This document shows positions 39,720 to 49,092 of a stretch of DNA of 64,000 nucleotides, piece by piece. Both the position numbers and the translations under genes were made by a program. Every line of letters begins with the position of its first letter. Position 1 is the stretch's first letter. Source of the DNA: Nannocystales bacterium (GTDB lineage Bacteria; Myxococcota_A; Polyangia; Nannocystales; Nannocystaceae); assembly GCA_050633305.1 (NCBI GenBank), contig JBOEGF010000006.1:32001-96000 (forward strand), written 5' to 3'. The notes under the pieces were generated by a model. That model did no database searches. It was given only the letters and a program-made list of their open reading frames with translations, and was not told the origin of the DNA.

Positions 39720-40321
39720 AACACGATGTCTTCGACGCGATCGGAGCGGATCTCTCCGCGGGGACTCGGGAGAAGCGCCGACACTTCCTGCCCGCGTTCG
39801 TCGGCGCGGTGTTGCTCATTTTCGCGCTGCTCGCGATGACGGGCATTCGGCAGGACTTCGACCAAATGCCGCTGTGGCGCCAGGCCGCCCTCGGAGTCTC
39901 GTGGCTCGTGTGTGGGGTGCTGTTTCCGGCGGTGGGGGTCGGACTGTGGTTCCCAAGCCGCTCCGCGCGACTCGCCCTGGCGGTGGCCGGAATTGCGCTC
40001 CCGCTGTCCGCGGTCGTGGGCTGGCCACTGGGAACGGATGCTCCACATGGAGCGGCCTCTTGCGCCATCGCGCTCGTGGCCTTGGGAACCGGCCTCGTGG
40101 GCGTCGGTGCGCTCAGCGGAGCCTTCGCACAGCGACGGGCCGCCACTTCCACGATGTGGGTCGCCGCCGGGCTTACGCTCGCCGCACTCGCAACGACGAG
40201 CTGGATCTGCCCGGTCGACCAGGGCGAACATCTTGTCTGCGGTCACCTCCTACCCGGGCTGACGTTCGCAGCCCTGGCCCTCGCGTTGGGGCGATTCATG
40301 CACCGGCGCTCGCGCGGGTGA
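39716..40321 (+). CDS. Membrane anti-sigma factor, NrsF/DUF1109-like
   Basis: ATGA overlap with the ECF sigma, about 6 TM helices, a Cys (ASCA) and C-terminal CP....H....H motif. Confidence 0.75.
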   Translation: MKHDVFDAIGADLSAGTREKRRHFLPAFVGAVLLIFALLAMTGIRQDFDQMPLWRQAALGVSWLVCGVLFPAVGVGLWFPSRSARLALAVAGIALPLSAVVGWPLGTDAPHGAASCAIALVALGTGLVGVGALSGAFAQRRAATSTMWVAAGLTLAALATTSWICPVDQGEHLVCGHLLPGLTFAALALALGRFMHRRSRG

Positions 40322-40382
40322 GCGCGTCGATGATCGAGCCCATGATCGAGTTGGGGGTCGCGGACCATGCCGCGGCGCTGGC

Positions 40383-40868
40383 TTAGGACCGGGCGTCGCG
40401 ACGCTGACGGCGCTCGAGTCGGCGGGTCAACAGCCGGAACAGATCACCGGCGCCCGGCCAGTCAGCGGGGCACAACTCGTGGTGGGTCCCGTCGTGGACC
40501 TGCACCATGAAGACCTGCGTCTGCCCGGTGGGGCGGAGTTCGAGGTAGAGGTCGGCGATGTCGGCGACCTTGATTCGCCGCTGCTGCCCGCGGTCCGGGA
40601 AGACGAGCGTATTCCACACCAGATAAGGCGCCAGCGGGAGCCTGGCCAGCAACCACGCCCTCATCCATTGCAACAGCCACAACCCGACCAGCAACATGCC
40701 AGCCCGCAGCGCCCACCCCTGGCCGTAGGCCACCGCGAGCCACCGCGGCGGCAGGCGAACCAACAACACGGGGAACAACACCAGGGTTCCGGCGATGAAT
40801 ATCGTCGCCTCGGCGAGTTTGCCCGTCCAGTCGCTCGGACGGACCACGTGCAGGAACGGTCGGAGCAT
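40383..40868 (-). CDS. Hypothetical 2-TM membrane protein
   Basis: Two hydrophobic segments followed by a beta-rich tail; fills the gap. Confidence 0.6.
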   Translation of the reverse strand: MLRPFLHVVRPSDWTGKLAEATIFIAGTLVLFPVLLVRLPPRWLAVAYGQGWALRAGMLLVGLWLLQWMRAWLLARLPLAPYLVWNTLVFPDRGQQRRIKVADIADLYLELRPTGQTQVFMVQVHDGTHHELCPADWPGAGDLFRLLTRRLERRQRRDARS

Positions 40869-40959
40869 GGTGCCGAACTCAAGCCTACGCCCGCTCGCGC
40901 AGCGATGCACCCATGGCATCGACCTTGTCCTGGGTGGCCCCCGCCCCTAGCATGCCGCC

Positions 40960-41385
40960 ATGTTGCGTACATGGATCGCAGTCGTCTGCCTCGCCCTGGT
41001 CGGCGCCAGCTGCTCCGACGGGGGCTCGTGCACAGAGGTTGGCTGCAGCAACGAAGCGGTCGTGACCTTCCCGGGCGGACTCGTCAGCGGTCCGTACAAC
41101 CTGACGCTGCAGAACGGCAGCGGCAGCGAGACGTACGCCTGCAACGACCCGCAGACCGCCGCCGAGCTGCCCGCGGAGATCGACTGCAACGCGAGCGGAT
41201 TTGAACTGAGCGACTCCGACTTTGGAACCCGCTCGACCGTCACCGTCACCCTCACCGATGCCGACGAGAACTTGCTCGCCGGGCCGACCGAGGTGGTGCT
41301 CCAAGCCGTTGAGACGCTGCAGCCCAACGGACCCGACTGCGAGCCGACGTGCATCGTCCGCAACGGCCGCCTGATGGTGAACTAG
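40960..41385 (+). CDS. Small Cys-containing lipoprotein
   Basis: Lipobox GASC, CTEVGC and C-terminal QPNGPDCEPTC. TAGCAT lies 6 nt upstream. Confidence 0.75.
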   Translation: MLRTWIAVVCLALVGASCSDGGSCTEVGCSNEAVVTFPGGLVSGPYNLTLQNGSGSETYACNDPQTAAELPAEIDCNASGFELSDSDFGTRSTVTVTLTDADENLLAGPTEVVLQAVETLQPNGPDCEPTCIVRNGRLMVN

Positions 41386-41465
41386 CGCCGGGGGTCGGCG
41401 CAGGAGGCCTGACGGGCCCGCGTCCAGGCCGGGCCCAACGCCCTCCCGGCCGGTCGCATCGCAGC

Positions 41466-42422
41466 TCAGTCGAAGGCGACTTCGAGCGCGTACCCGCCCT
41501 CGTCGAGCGTCAGCGAATCGATCGACAGGAAGTACGAGCCCGGCTCGAGGAACACCTCGAGGAACGCAAAGCCTGGGGTGCCCAGCAGCTGATCGCTGAC
41601 ACACTCCGACTCGGTCAGCGCGCTGCAGTTGGTCCGCACGCTGATCAACGGCCGGTACGCCCCGAGCCCCGTTGCCGTGATGGACACGCTCCCCGGCGTG
41701 AAGATCTCGAGCGGGAAGAAGTTCTCCTTGCCCACCCCGCCGCACTGAGAGTCCGCCGCGCCCTGCCCCCCGACGAGCTCGTTTTCCCACAGGAACCTCG
41801 AACCCGGGGTCTGGGTGATGGTCTCGGGGTGGACATCACATTCCAACAACGGGACCGGATCCAAAGACACGTCGAAGGCGTAGTTCCCCCCGGATCCGGA
41901 CGAGTCGACCGCGATGTAGTAGGTGCGGTTCCCGAACGCGAGGAAATGGCGCCGGTTGTCGGCCGTCCACTGGTCGGTGCACTGGCGAAGGATGGTCGCC
42001 TCCTGACCGCACGCATTCTCGGTCACGCGGACGATCGGGGAGAAGTCGTTCTGCGCGCCGTCGAACGTGAGGGTGACGTCGGTCGCGCCCAGCGGCGTGA
42101 ATGAGTAGACGTCCTCGAGGCCTTCGGCCGCACCGCACTCGGTCGTATACAGCCCGGGCCCGCGCAGCTCGCCCATCGCGGAGCTGTTGGTGGTCGGCAA
42201 CTCGATCGGGTTGGTGCACGATCCCTCGCGCCCTTCGACCGGAGGCGGAAAGTCGCCGCTGTCGCCACTGCTCTCCGAGGCCTCCCCGGTGTCGTCCGTG
42301 TCCATCGGGTCTGTGGCGCTCGAGCCGACGTCAGTATCGGCGATGAACAGCGGGTCACTGCGAAGGCCGCATCCCGAGACGATGCAAAGGCCAAGACCGA
42401 TGCCAACGGAGATCAAGCGCAT
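41466..42422 (-). CDS. Lipoprotein with two tandem PPC-like beta-sandwich repeats
   Basis: Lipobox VSGC, S/T/D-rich linker, two similar units ending YYIAVDS...GNYAFDV and YFLSIDS...GGYALEV. Confidence 0.78.
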   Translation of the reverse strand: MRLISVGIGLGLCIVSGCGLRSDPLFIADTDVGSSATDPMDTDDTGEASESSGDSGDFPPPVEGREGSCTNPIELPTTNSSAMGELRGPGLYTTECGAAEGLEDVYSFTPLGATDVTLTFDGAQNDFSPIVRVTENACGQEATILRQCTDQWTADNRRHFLAFGNRTYYIAVDSSGSGGNYAFDVSLDPVPLLECDVHPETITQTPGSRFLWENELVGGQGAADSQCGGVGKENFFPLEIFTPGSVSITATGLGAYRPLISVRTNCSALTESECVSDQLLGTPGFAFLEVFLEPGSYFLSIDSLTLDEGGYALEVAFD

Positions 42423-42454
42423 GCCCAAGGTTTAGCATTGGGAGTTTTCGAGCG

Positions 42455-44209
42455 TCAAAGTGAGAGCCACAGTCTCTGCAAGTGCAGCTTCACGCGCGTG
42501 ACCCCGCGAAAGACATCCAGCTGCGGCACGAACACGACATCGACCCGGCTTCCGCGCGGCGGCTCCTGCTGCGCCATGCCAAACCCAATCGCATCTGCCC
42601 GGTCTTTGCCCTGCGCGAGCGTCAACGCGATGTGACGCTCCTTGAGCACCCGGATCCGCTGCGCCTCGCAGTCGCGGGCGATGAAGCGCGGGGGCGCAAA
42701 ACCGACGCCGAATGGCCCTGCGCTCCGGATGACGGCACACAGCTCCGGCTCGATTGCCGCCAGGGGCAGTTCGAGGTCCACGCACTCCTCGTCGGGCCGC
42801 GCAGGCACCTCCGCCCTTTGTGTCGCCACGGCAGCAGCGAACGCCTCGGTAAACTCTGCGATCCGCTCGGCCTTCACCGTCAGGCCGGCCGCTTCGCGGT
42901 GTCCGCCGAACCGTTCGAGCAGGGGCGCACACTCGGCCAGTGCCGCGCGAACGTCCACGCCATCACAGCTCCGAACGGAACCGCGTGCGAGCCCATCCTC
43001 GCCCATGCCGAGCACCGCAACCGGTCGATTGAAGCGTTCGACCAGACCGTTGGCCGCGATCCCGACCACCCCGGGTGCCCACCGTTCGTGGGCGACGACG
43101 ATGCCAGCCCGCGTCTCGTTCGCGCCTTCGGCCTGAATCAGCGCTGTCGCCTCGGCGCTGATCGATTCGGTCTGCCGCTTGCGCTGTGCGTTGAGCATCT
43201 CGACGCGGTCTGCGAGCGGTCCAGCCTCCGAATCGGTCCGGGCCCGCAACAATGCCAAGGACGGCTCGGCGGTTCCCAGCCGTCCGGGCGCGTTGATCCT
43301 GGGTCCGAGCTTGAAGCCCAAGTGCGCCTCGTCGAGCGCCTCAGTCGGCTCGACGCCGGCGCGTTCCAGCAGCGCCCCGAGGCCGGGGCGTCCACGCTGT
43401 TCGAGGTGCCGCAGCCCGGCTGAGACCAAGACTCGGTTCTCCTCGGTCAGCGGCATCATGTCGCAGACGGTCGCGAGCGCGACGAGGTCGAGGAGCGTGC
43501 GGGGATCGGGCAGCTTGGTCTCGCCGTCCTTGGCAAGCCGGGTTCTCAAGCCCGCGCACAGATAGAACGCCACCCCGGCGGAACACAGCCCCTTGAACGG
43601 AAATCCGCATCCGCTTTGGTGCGGGTTGATCAGCGCATCGGTCGGGGGCGCGACTTCGGGGACTTGGTGGTGATCGATCACCACGGAGCGGACATCATGC
43701 TCTCGCAGCCACGCGAGCGCCTCGATGTCGGAAGTTCCTGTGTCGCCGCACAACACAAGACGCGCGCCCGCTTGGTGCAGCGCCTCGGCGTCGGGCACTC
43801 CGAACCCATACCCGCGGTCACGATGCGCGACTCGGACGACGACCTCGACCCCGAGCGCTTCGAGGTATCCCGCGAGGATCGTCGCGGTCGTCACACCGTC
43901 GACGTCGTAGTCACCGAACACACCGACCCGCCAGCCCTCGCGCTTGGCCGCGACCAGGAGTTCAAGAGCTTCGGGGAAGCCCGCCATCTCCACCGGAGCT
44001 CGAAGCTGTCCGAGTGTGGGCGCGAGCATCCGTCGGACGTCGGCCTCGTCTTCCACCCCCCGAGCCCACAGCAACTCGACCGCCAAGGGGTGAACACCCA
44101 GCGCAGCCGCCCGCCGCTCGAGCGCTTCGGGTCGCCCCTCGCGTCTCAAGACGACCTTGGGAGCGGTGGGAGGCGCCGGCGCGGGAGTGGGAGGAGCGTC
44201 CGGGGGCAC
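42455..44209 (-). CDS. recJ: ssDNA exonuclease RecJ
   Basis: GDYDVDG, GYG, DTG, IDHH, INP, ATVCDMMPL..EN, PRINAPGR, GGH..AAG, PFG motifs. Confidence 0.96.
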   Translation of the reverse strand: MPPDAPPTPAPAPPTAPKVVLRREGRPEALERRAAALGVHPLAVELLWARGVEDEADVRRMLAPTLGQLRAPVEMAGFPEALELLVAAKREGWRVGVFGDYDVDGVTTATILAGYLEALGVEVVVRVAHRDRGYGFGVPDAEALHQAGARLVLCGDTGTSDIEALAWLREHDVRSVVIDHHQVPEVAPPTDALINPHQSGCGFPFKGLCSAGVAFYLCAGLRTRLAKDGETKLPDPRTLLDLVALATVCDMMPLTEENRVLVSAGLRHLEQRGRPGLGALLERAGVEPTEALDEAHLGFKLGPRINAPGRLGTAEPSLALLRARTDSEAGPLADRVEMLNAQRKRQTESISAEATALIQAEGANETRAGIVVAHERWAPGVVGIAANGLVERFNRPVAVLGMGEDGLARGSVRSCDGVDVRAALAECAPLLERFGGHREAAGLTVKAERIAEFTEAFAAAVATQRAEVPARPDEECVDLELPLAAIEPELCAVIRSAGPFGVGFAPPRFIARDCEAQRIRVLKERHIALTLAQGKDRADAIGFGMAQQEPPRGSRVDVVFVPQLDVFRGVTRVKLHLQRLWLSL

Positions 44210-44337
44210 GCCGCATCCTACTCGGGCGGCCGCAGGGGAACACACGCAACGCGCGTGAGGACAGCCCCTCGCGTCCAAAACGAAAACAGGGAGACCTCCG
44301 ACTCGGAGATCTCCCTGCTGTGAGGCGCGGTGGCGAC

Positions 44338-45723
44338 CTACTCCTCGCTGGATGGACGCGGGCGTCGGCGTCGGCGTCGCGTCTTCTTGCGCGAGCCTGC
44401 TCCGTCTTCCGCGCCCGCCGCTTCGGTGGCATCCACGACGTCGGGACGCTCCGAGGTTCCGCCCTCGCCGCCCTCGGCCCCCGACAGCAAGGTGCCCGTG
44501 CCTTCTTCGTCGATGCCGGCCAAGTGCCCGCGGCCGCCGTAGAAGCGCTTGTTGACCCACAAGAACACCGGGGTCGCGATGTACAGCGACGAGAACGTTC
44601 CGACCAGAACGCCGATGATGAGCGCGAAGGCGAAGTCCTTGATGGGTCCAGCGCCCATGAAGAACGTTGCAAGCACGACCAGCAACGTGGTGCCCGAGGT
44701 CAGAATCGTCCGCGACAAGGTGTCGTTGAGCGCGTCATTGGTCACCTTGTCGATCGGCTCGTCACGGTGCAGCGCGACCCGCTCCCGGACCCGGTCGAAC
44801 ACCACGATGGTGTCGTTGATCGAGTAACCGATGACGGTGAGAATCGCCGCGATGGTCTGGAGGTTGAACTCCTTGCCCGTGATGGCGAACGCCCCGATCA
44901 CGAGGATGGCGTCGTGGGTCAGCGCGACGATGCCCCCCGGTGCGAACCGAAGGTCGAAGCGAATCATGACGAACAGGAAGATGAAGCCGATGGCGTAGAG
45001 CATCGACTTGGCGCCATCTTCTTTCAGCTGGCCGCCGACCTTGGCGCCCACCGTCTCCGAGCGCACGATTTCGGCCACCGCTCCGGTGCCAAACTTCTCG
45101 TCGAACTCTTTTCGAATCTTCGAACCCACGCCGATGAGCGCGAACTCGGCCGGGCTCTCGCCCTCCTTCGCGCCGAAGCCCTTGTCCGCGGTGCCCTGGC
45201 AGCCCGCATCGTTGACCTTGTTCTCCAGGTCTTTGTAGTTGGGCTCGGCGTCGTATCCGAAGAACAGCTTCGAGCCCCCCGGGGGGTGGTTGAAGCTGAG
45301 CAGTTCGGTGTCCCCGGTGCCATCGACACGAAGCACGGTCTGCACGGCAGCCTTGCAGGCCTCGACCTTGGCTTCATCGATCGACAGGGTCTCCTTGACC
45401 CGGACGAGGACCTCATGCTCCGAGTCGGGCACGGTGACGACCGAGCTGCTCTCGTAGCCCCCCTCTTCGAGGGCGTCTCGAATGGCGTCCACGCCGGGGT
45501 CCTTGTCGGCCTCGAAGCGCAGGCGAACCTGGGAGCCCCCGGCAAAGTCGATCCCGAAGTTGAGAATCGAGCCCTTGGAGGCCTGGTTGTAGGCCATGGC
45601 TGCGAAGGACGCGAGCACCAGCACGATGGAGATCGTGATGTAGCGCCAACGGTTCGCGATGAACGCGATCTCGGTCCCCGAGGGGATGAGTTCAAAGAAC
45701 TTCTGTTTCTTGGAGTCGGACAT
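44338..45723 (-). CDS. secF: Protein translocase subunit SecF
   Basis: GIDFAGG, VGAKVG, HDA, GYSINDTIVVFDRVRE, TLSRT, GTFSS motifs. Confidence 0.96.
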   Translation of the reverse strand: MSDSKKQKFFELIPSGTEIAFIANRWRYITISIVLVLASFAAMAYNQASKGSILNFGIDFAGGSQVRLRFEADKDPGVDAIRDALEEGGYESSSVVTVPDSEHEVLVRVKETLSIDEAKVEACKAAVQTVLRVDGTGDTELLSFNHPPGGSKLFFGYDAEPNYKDLENKVNDAGCQGTADKGFGAKEGESPAEFALIGVGSKIRKEFDEKFGTGAVAEIVRSETVGAKVGGQLKEDGAKSMLYAIGFIFLFVMIRFDLRFAPGGIVALTHDAILVIGAFAITGKEFNLQTIAAILTVIGYSINDTIVVFDRVRERVALHRDEPIDKVTNDALNDTLSRTILTSGTTLLVVLATFFMGAGPIKDFAFALIIGVLVGTFSSLYIATPVFLWVNKRFYGGRGHLAGIDEEGTGTLLSGAEGGEGGTSERPDVVDATEAAGAEDGAGSRKKTRRRRRRPRPSSEE

Positions 45724-45741
45724 CGTCTGATTCCCCTCCCC

Positions 45742-47892
45742 TTAGATGGACACCCGGTCGAAACCGCGGCGGTTCGACTGGAAGTCGAAGAACAGGCGGC
45801 TGCACCAGACACCCGTGAAGATGGACGTTGCGATTCCGATCATCAGCGTCACTGCGAAGCCCTGAATCGGACCCGAGCCGTACTGGTACAGCACCAAGCC
45901 AGCGATGGCCGTGGTGAGCTGTGCGTCGAGAATCGTCGTGAACGCGCGGTCGTAGCCGGACTCGATCGCCGCGCGAGCGGTAAAGCCTTCGCGGACGTAC
46001 TCCCGAATCCTCTCGAACACGATGACGTTGGCATCGACCGCCATGCCGATGGTCAGCACCACCCCGGCGATCCCAGGCAAGGTCAGCGTGGCGCCGAAGA
46101 ACGCCATCGCGGCCAGGATGAGCACCATGTTGAGCACCAAGGCGAACACCGCGATGAGTCCTGAGCCTCGGTAGTAGAACAACATGAAGATGATGACGGC
46201 GACGAGGCCGACGACGAAGGCGAGGAAGCCTTGCTCGACGGACTCCTTGCCGAGGTCAGCACCGACGCGGATCTCGAACTCTTTTTGCAGGCGGGCCGGC
46301 AGCGAGCCGGACTTGAGCACCTTGACCAGGTCGTTGGCCTCTTCGCGGACCGTCTTGCCGGGGCTTGCCCCCAAGGTGATGACGAAGTTGCCGCTGAGGC
46401 GGTCGTTGAAGATCGGGTCGGAGCGGACCTCATCATCGAGGACGATGGCCATTTTGCGACCGATGTTGTTGCCCGAGAGGTCCTCCATCTGGTTGGCGCC
46501 CTGTCGGTTGAGCTGGACGGCGACCTGCGGCTGACCCGTCTGAGGGTCGGGCTGCACGCTTGCGTTGTTGATCTTGTCGCCCGTGACGCCAGCCCGCGTG
46601 TGCAGGATGTAGGTCCGGTACAGGATCTCGGCTTCCTCACCTCTGCGAGTCACGATCGGTGTGGGGCCGAAGTAGACCGTGCGATCGGGCGGCAGGCGCC
46701 ACTGCGGCGGCAGCCCGGCGAAGAAGTTTTGTAGCGTCTTCTTGTCCTTCGCGAAGAAGGCGTAGGGCTCTTTGACCGTCACGCCGTTGTCGCGACCGTA
46801 GTCGCGCTCGACGTTCACGGAGATGCCCATCCCCTCGGTGACGTAGTGGGCATCGAACAGCGCCTTGAGATAGGGCTTGCCCGTCTCGCGGAAGGGTCGC
46901 TCGTCGTCGACGAGGTGCATGGTGAGCACCGCTTGTCGCTCGATGATCTTCAGGAGGCGACGGAAGTCACTGCTGTCTTCGAGCACCGACTCTTGTGCGG
47001 CCTCGGTCAGCGTCAGCACGTCGCTGGCGACGTCTGCCTGCACCGCGGGGTCGTCTTCGAGAATCTGAAGCTCGAACGGAAGGCGGTCGTCGACGATGAC
47101 CAACGCCTCGGTCATTTTGTCGGCAAACGCAGCGTTGAGCGCGTCTCGGGAGTTGCTGTCGGGCAGTGTGATCTTGAAGGCCCACGGGTTGCCTCGGACT
47201 TCACTGACCATCACCTGCTGCGCGCCCCCGGCGGCCAACACCTCACGAATGCGGTCGCTGGCTTGCGAGGAGGCGGCGAGCGCCTCGGTGCTGGTGTCCG
47301 ACAGACCCGGAAGCTCGACGACGATTTGGCGGTTTTTCGGGTAGATGTTCGGCTCAGCGACGCCCATCGCGTCGACTCGCTTGCGCACGGTCTCGAGTGC
47401 CGTACCGACGGTCTGCGCTCGGGTCTCGGTGAGCACAGCCTCGGGCATTTTCAGCGTGATGACGCCGTCGGCCTCACTCGGGACGCCGTCGTCGGGCGCA
47501 TCGGCGCGCTCGAGCAGGCCGTACACCGGACCCATGACATCGTCGGTCGCCAACGCGACCTGGCCGGGCTCGTCGAACCGAATGAGCAACGTGTCGGTGC
47601 CGACTCGCTCGACCTTGGGGCGAATGTCCTTCTTCTCGGCGAAAGACGCCTCGAGTTCGGCCGCGATGCCATCGAGCTTGTTCTCGAGCGCCTCATCAAC
47701 GCCTACGGAGTACTCGAGGTGGAGGCCGCCCTGGAGGTCCAGGCCGAGCTTGAAGGTGCGGGTGAACGTGGAGGTGATCCACGAGGGCAACCGCTCCTGC
47801 GCGTTGGGAACGACCGACGGCAGCACCGCCAGCGTCGCAGCGACGACCAGCAGCAGCAGGCCGAGGGCCTTGAGCTTCAGAAACCTACGCAT
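45742..47892 (-). CDS. secD: Protein translocase subunit SecD
   Basis: LGLDLQGG, RVDAMGVAEP, AIVLD, GSLPA, LTLPGIAG, GMAVDANVIVFERIRE motifs. Confidence 0.96.
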   Translation of the reverse strand: MRRFLKLKALGLLLLVVAATLAVLPSVVPNAQERLPSWITSTFTRTFKLGLDLQGGLHLEYSVGVDEALENKLDGIAAELEASFAEKKDIRPKVERVGTDTLLIRFDEPGQVALATDDVMGPVYGLLERADAPDDGVPSEADGVITLKMPEAVLTETRAQTVGTALETVRKRVDAMGVAEPNIYPKNRQIVVELPGLSDTSTEALAASSQASDRIREVLAAGGAQQVMVSEVRGNPWAFKITLPDSNSRDALNAAFADKMTEALVIVDDRLPFELQILEDDPAVQADVASDVLTLTEAAQESVLEDSSDFRRLLKIIERQAVLTMHLVDDERPFRETGKPYLKALFDAHYVTEGMGISVNVERDYGRDNGVTVKEPYAFFAKDKKTLQNFFAGLPPQWRLPPDRTVYFGPTPIVTRRGEEAEILYRTYILHTRAGVTGDKINNASVQPDPQTGQPQVAVQLNRQGANQMEDLSGNNIGRKMAIVLDDEVRSDPIFNDRLSGNFVITLGASPGKTVREEANDLVKVLKSGSLPARLQKEFEIRVGADLGKESVEQGFLAFVVGLVAVIIFMLFYYRGSGLIAVFALVLNMVLILAAMAFFGATLTLPGIAGVVLTIGMAVDANVIVFERIREYVREGFTARAAIESGYDRAFTTILDAQLTTAIAGLVLYQYGSGPIQGFAVTLMIGIATSIFTGVWCSRLFFDFQSNRRGFDRVSI

Positions 47893-47922
47893 GGGAAATA
47901 TCCTTGCTTGGCGAAACCCGGC

Positions 47923-48348
47923 CTAGCTGGCCGACTTTGCGTCCTTGCTATCGCCTTTGTCCTTGTCCTTACCCTTGCTCTCTTTGGCGTCCTTGGCGTC
48001 TTTTTCCATGACGGCCGAGTGGGTATCGGAGATGTCTTTCTTGAGGACCCGGATCTTGACGCGATCCGCGACCTCGACCATCGCGATGGTGTCGTCGATG
48101 CTCGAGATCCGGCCCAGAATGCCGCCGCTCAGGACCACTTGATCGCCCTTTTTCAGGGTCTCGACCCGCGACTTGCGGTCCTTCTCCTGCTTGCTCATGG
48201 GCCGCAGGACCATGAAGTAGATGATGCCGAACATGATCACCATCATGAACATCGGGTTCCCCAGGAAGCTGGGCGGGCCGCCTTCAGCGAGCAGCGCGGG
48301 CATGGTGCCGTCGAGCCCAGCAGCGAGGTTGATGATGGAAGTGGTCAT
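47923..48348 (-). CDS. yajC: Preprotein translocase subunit YajC
   Basis: YFMVLRP, LKKGDQVV..GGILG. Upstream of secD. Confidence 0.93.
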   Translation of the reverse strand: MTTSIINLAAGLDGTMPALLAEGGPPSFLGNPMFMMVIMFGIIYFMVLRPMSKQEKDRKSRVETLKKGDQVVLSGGILGRISSIDDTIAMVEVADRVKIRVLKKDISDTHSAVMEKDAKDAKESKGKDKDKGDSKDAKSAS

Positions 48349-49092
48349 GGCGTGTCCCGGAGACTAAGCGAGCGTGCCCGCCCATCTGACGGGCGCCGGC
48401 GCGCAGCCGCCGGGAAGTAGCAGAGGGGCGTTTGCGCGGTCAAGGCGTGAAACGCCGCCCGGATCTCGCCAAGCTTTTGAGATCACTTCTCTTTCGAGAA
48501 CGCGCAGTCGTTTTCGCACGGGCCGGGACCGAATTGCGCCGCCCGGCGGTTTGCCCCGGCCCGCGCAGCCGTTCCACGGACCCCAGAGCAGCGGTACAGG
48601 ACGAGCCTCGACCGCGAGATCGACGCAGGCCTCGGATTCCTCGGTCTCCCACGAGCCGCCGAGGCCGGTGAAGTCGGATCAGTCGAGGTCCAAGCGCCAG
48701 GCCGAGACCCGCAGGAGGCAGTGGTAGGCATGGCCCATCGGAGGACGTCGACAAGACTACAACAGCCTTTCGAGCTCGTGGCGACGCGACAACCCCGCGC
48801 ACGCAGCCCCTGCCCGGCGGCAGGCACGGAGCCGCAATCCCCTCGGGCATCTCCAACGGCGTCCGCGCTGCGCGAACGTCGCAGCGAAACCCGGACCGGA
48901 TAGATCTCGGGGACCTCGTCGCCCCACTCCCTCCGTTTCGCGTGGTGCGACAGCGGTCCCCCGGTTCGTTGGCCCGCGTCGACTCGCCCCGGTCGACCGC
49001 GCCGGCCTGCACCCGGCGGCCGAGCGACTCCGCGGCGGGCCGCCAGGGTGGACGTTCGAAGCAGACGTGGCGGCAGCGTGCGTGCGGACGAG

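Noticed and set aside
48520..48562. c-di-GMP-I (GEMM) riboswitch (GGGCAAACC...GCGCAA on -)
   Set aside because: It lacks the GNRA-capped P2, the GCAAAG core and a recognisable P3/receptor; a simple hairpin explains it.
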